Shown piece after piece: positions 61,198 to 64,000 of a DNA stretch of 64,000 nt. A program made the position numbers and the translations under genes. Position 1 is the first letter of the stretch, and every line of letters begins with the position of its first letter. Source of the DNA: Selaginella moellendorffii. Its lineage: Eukaryota > Plantae > Lycopodiophyta. The DNA lies in NCBI RefSeq assembly GCF_000143415.4, contig NW_003314261.1, positions 744,001 through 808,000 on the forward strand, read 5' to 3'. The notes below the pieces were generated by a model, which saw nothing but the letters and a program-made list of their open reading frames with translations, made no database searches and was not told the DNA's origin.

Positions 61198-64000
61198 TGT
61201 CGCGCATGTGACTTCGGGTATCGAAAGTTACCTGTCGACCAGTCCTTAGGGACACTCTTACCTTACTGCCACGATGGCAGGAGGTCGGTATTGATGGACC
61301 CTTTATTAGTCCCTCTTGTTCAAGTGTTAGTAAACTGGACTTTGCATCTGTACTTGGCCGGATGAGCATAAGGAAGGAATTCCTAAGTGTCTATTTAGCT
61401 GAGCATACTCGGCCCGGCTTGTTAGTTCTCTTTTGCTCTGTCTTGCACTGGCTTGACAAGAACCCTCGCGTATTGAGATTGGTCCCTCAATATCGCTACA
61501 TGATAGCTTACCGTGTCTGCCAAACACCCTCGCTATCATGCCCTTTGTGTTAGTCTCAAATTGTCCCAGATGCTATTTATGGAAAGTGTCTAGATTTGCT
61601 CATTTGGCATATCTTCGGAATGTAGAGGTCGGCCTGAACACAATGGTGTTCGTCCTGTGTCCAAATTCGCATTCTAAGGACATTCCATATTTAGTAAGTT
61701 TTAAGCTTGTCCCAGAGACTAACTCCTGATACTAAGGGAGGCTTGGGGTGAAAGCCCAAAGCGTGTGTTCCTCAAGGGGGGGGGGGGCTATGGGGGGTTC
61801 CAAATGTATAGTAGGGATAGTGGGTAGGTTGGGCATGGCCGACCAACCTGAGGCATAGTCTAGCTCCCGCTTGCGTGCCTGTCCTTGTTCTGCGTCCGGC
61901 TTGGGTCTAAGCCCAAGTTCCATTCCATGCTAGCTGGTGGAGTACCCATGTCCTCGCGTTAGGCCACCGGTATGCTGAAATAGCGCCAGACTCCGTTTGG
62001 CTCCGTTTTGCGTGCTGGTCCTGGCATTGGGATGCTGGTTGCTCTAGGACTGTTCCAAGTCGCTCCAGGCCCCTGTCCCTTCGCTCCTTGGGCTGTATGC
62101 TCGGGAGTTGCTCCGTGGTTCGGTTCCATCACTCCTTGGCGTCACGCTTGGGAGTTTGGCACCGTTCCTTCGTTCAGTGGCCCAAGGCCCTGAACCTCGG
62201 GTTCCTATGGACACGTGGCATGGACACGTGGCATCTGTCACGTGGCACAAAGAGGGTTTAGGTTCCGCTTCGTGGTGTTATCCTATGGTAAATCACCATA
62301 GGATAAAGGGTCAAAACCACGTGCGCTACATTTGGTATCAGAGGATGAGTCTCAGCGAGTACTATTCAATGAGATTGGGCAACTAGTCTCGTTGCATACG
62401 CAGAGATGAAAACGATGATCCGAGTGGGTACACGTTTGGGTGCTAAGACTTCGCATTCGTTTCTTGGGATAGGTTTTGGTTACCTTTTTGTTCCATATTA
62501 TGTGAGCTTGCTCTTGGGCTCATAGGGTGGACTGAGTTGTTCCGGTTGCACGAGTTTGCGCTTGGGCTCGTGAGTGAGGCACATTAGCAACTCAAGGTTA
62601 CACTTTGAGTTGGCAGGATTAATGTTAGCCTATCGGTGGTTCCATGAGTTATTCCTTGTACCATGGGTGAAAGCAAACCTACCTGGGTTTGCTATGAGTG
62701 GCAAATAGGCTGGTCCGTAGCTGTTTAGCACGGCACTAGTGGATCCTTCCTAGGCATGATTATAATTGGATCAGTCAAGACTGTAGGGAATAGTCTATTG
62801 GTTCAAGTAATCATTGCCGTGCTCTCTCATAAACTTTTCTTGGATTGAACTGAAGGCAGTGCGAAAGTAAGCTTGAGGTTTGGTCAAAGATGAGACCGAA
62901 AAGAGAGTCATCGAGGACGGAGGATCAAATACGTAAATCATTTTCTCTTCTTGGAGAGATGATTTGCAACGAGGTGTTAACTCATTGCTTGTGTTCACAT
63001 TATGCAATCAAGAGTCCCTACCTTGATGCATGTTGGAAGTGATGGTCTTACAAGTGGTGAGTTATGGGATGGATAGTGGTGAAACACTAAACCATTTTGT
63101 CTAGGCTCGCTATTGAAAGACTTGGGTTGCAATGCTCAATTCTTTTCCTGGGAACCTTGCTATTGCTCCTTGAGTAGCTTGGTGTTGGATTAGTGTTGAG
63201 TTTGGTCGGAAAGAGAGTGGCATGAGCTTGTCTGTGTTGTGAACAAAAGTTAGTGGTGTTGGGTGTCGTAAACCTCTATTGGTGGAGTGTGGCATTTATG
63301 TTGCATTTTGGTCGAATCGAGTTGACACTTGATACTCACATAAACATTTGTAGTAATGACATTGGCATTGCTCGTGGTGTTGCTCAATTGATGATCAAGT
63401 CATTGTGATGCTTATATCATATCCATGTGATAAAGAGTAATGCGTTTACGAAGTTGCTTGGGTAAATGATGATCAACCCCAAAGTGGTTGATGGAGAAGG
63501 TAGTCTACTTGCACGAAGTAGCATTGTAGTAACTTTGACTGGATTCTCAATGGTGGTCCATTATGCTAAGCTTATGTTGGTACCTTATTTCCTAGAGTTT
63601 GCCCATTAAGATGTTGGAAAAGGGTTATAGCATTCATTTGCTATGGCTTGTTGGTTGATCCGTTAACACTTGGAGTAGATTATTGGATGGAGAAGGTGTG
63701 AGGTTGATGCATTGACATCACTAGCACTTGTGTTAGTGGAAGTGGCATTGTTGATTCGAGTGATGAGGAATTTTCCTTAGAGCTTGATTTTCCATGTCAT
63801 TTTTCTTGTTAGTGTTTTGGCTTCACATTGGATCTTGAAGGTGGTTGAAGAAGAGTGTTAGTGCAATGTGGATATCTGATGATGTGGTCTTTGTGATCAA
63901 GCCTTGGATGCTCATTTTGCACTTTGCGGATGTCGGTGTTGGATATCGGTTAGATGGGCAAAGATGTTCGATGCTTAAGCATATTTTTGGATCATGAGAA
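61198..64000 (+). mobile_element. Second element of the same LTR family nested in opposite orientation: 5' LTR 61198-62330, PBS 62333-62343, interior runs out of the window
   Basis: TGTCGCG..GCTACA then TT TGGTATCAGAG; the interior is an inverted homolog of about 58650-60300. Confidence 0.93.

Overview
Eukaryotic plant DNA. Very short GT-AG introns, a PLS-class PPR gene and compact gene spacing suggest a lycophyte such as Selaginella (inference). 1-8.2 kb: tandem array (period about 3086 bp) of a chimeric unit made of a cytochrome P450 pseudogene, a small orphan ORF and a PPR fragment, with a MITE in the third copy. 9.1-20.2 kb: dense block of apparently intact genes (PPR, AUG6, DnaJ, ARL1, SMP-type LEA, arginine decarboxylase). 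20.3-64 kb: mostly transposon-derived. It holds an inverted copy of the P450/PPR unit split by a 13.1-kb Mutator-like DNA transposon (30304-43432, 9-bp TSD), two decayed Ty3/gypsy elements, a formin pseudogene, and nested non-coding LTR elements. The main observation lies inside the Mutator-like element. Divergent from its DDE/SWIM transposase is a spliced 9-exon gene joining a ParB/Srx-like domain to a prokaryote-type beta-class N6A/N4C DNA amino-methyltransferase. Between the two genes sits an array of 96-bp repeats, each holding a 76-bp palindrome, and two small CPIC zinc-finger ORFs lie near the ends. This copy is inactivated by a solo LTR and nonsense mutations, but the genes can be reconstructed by eye.
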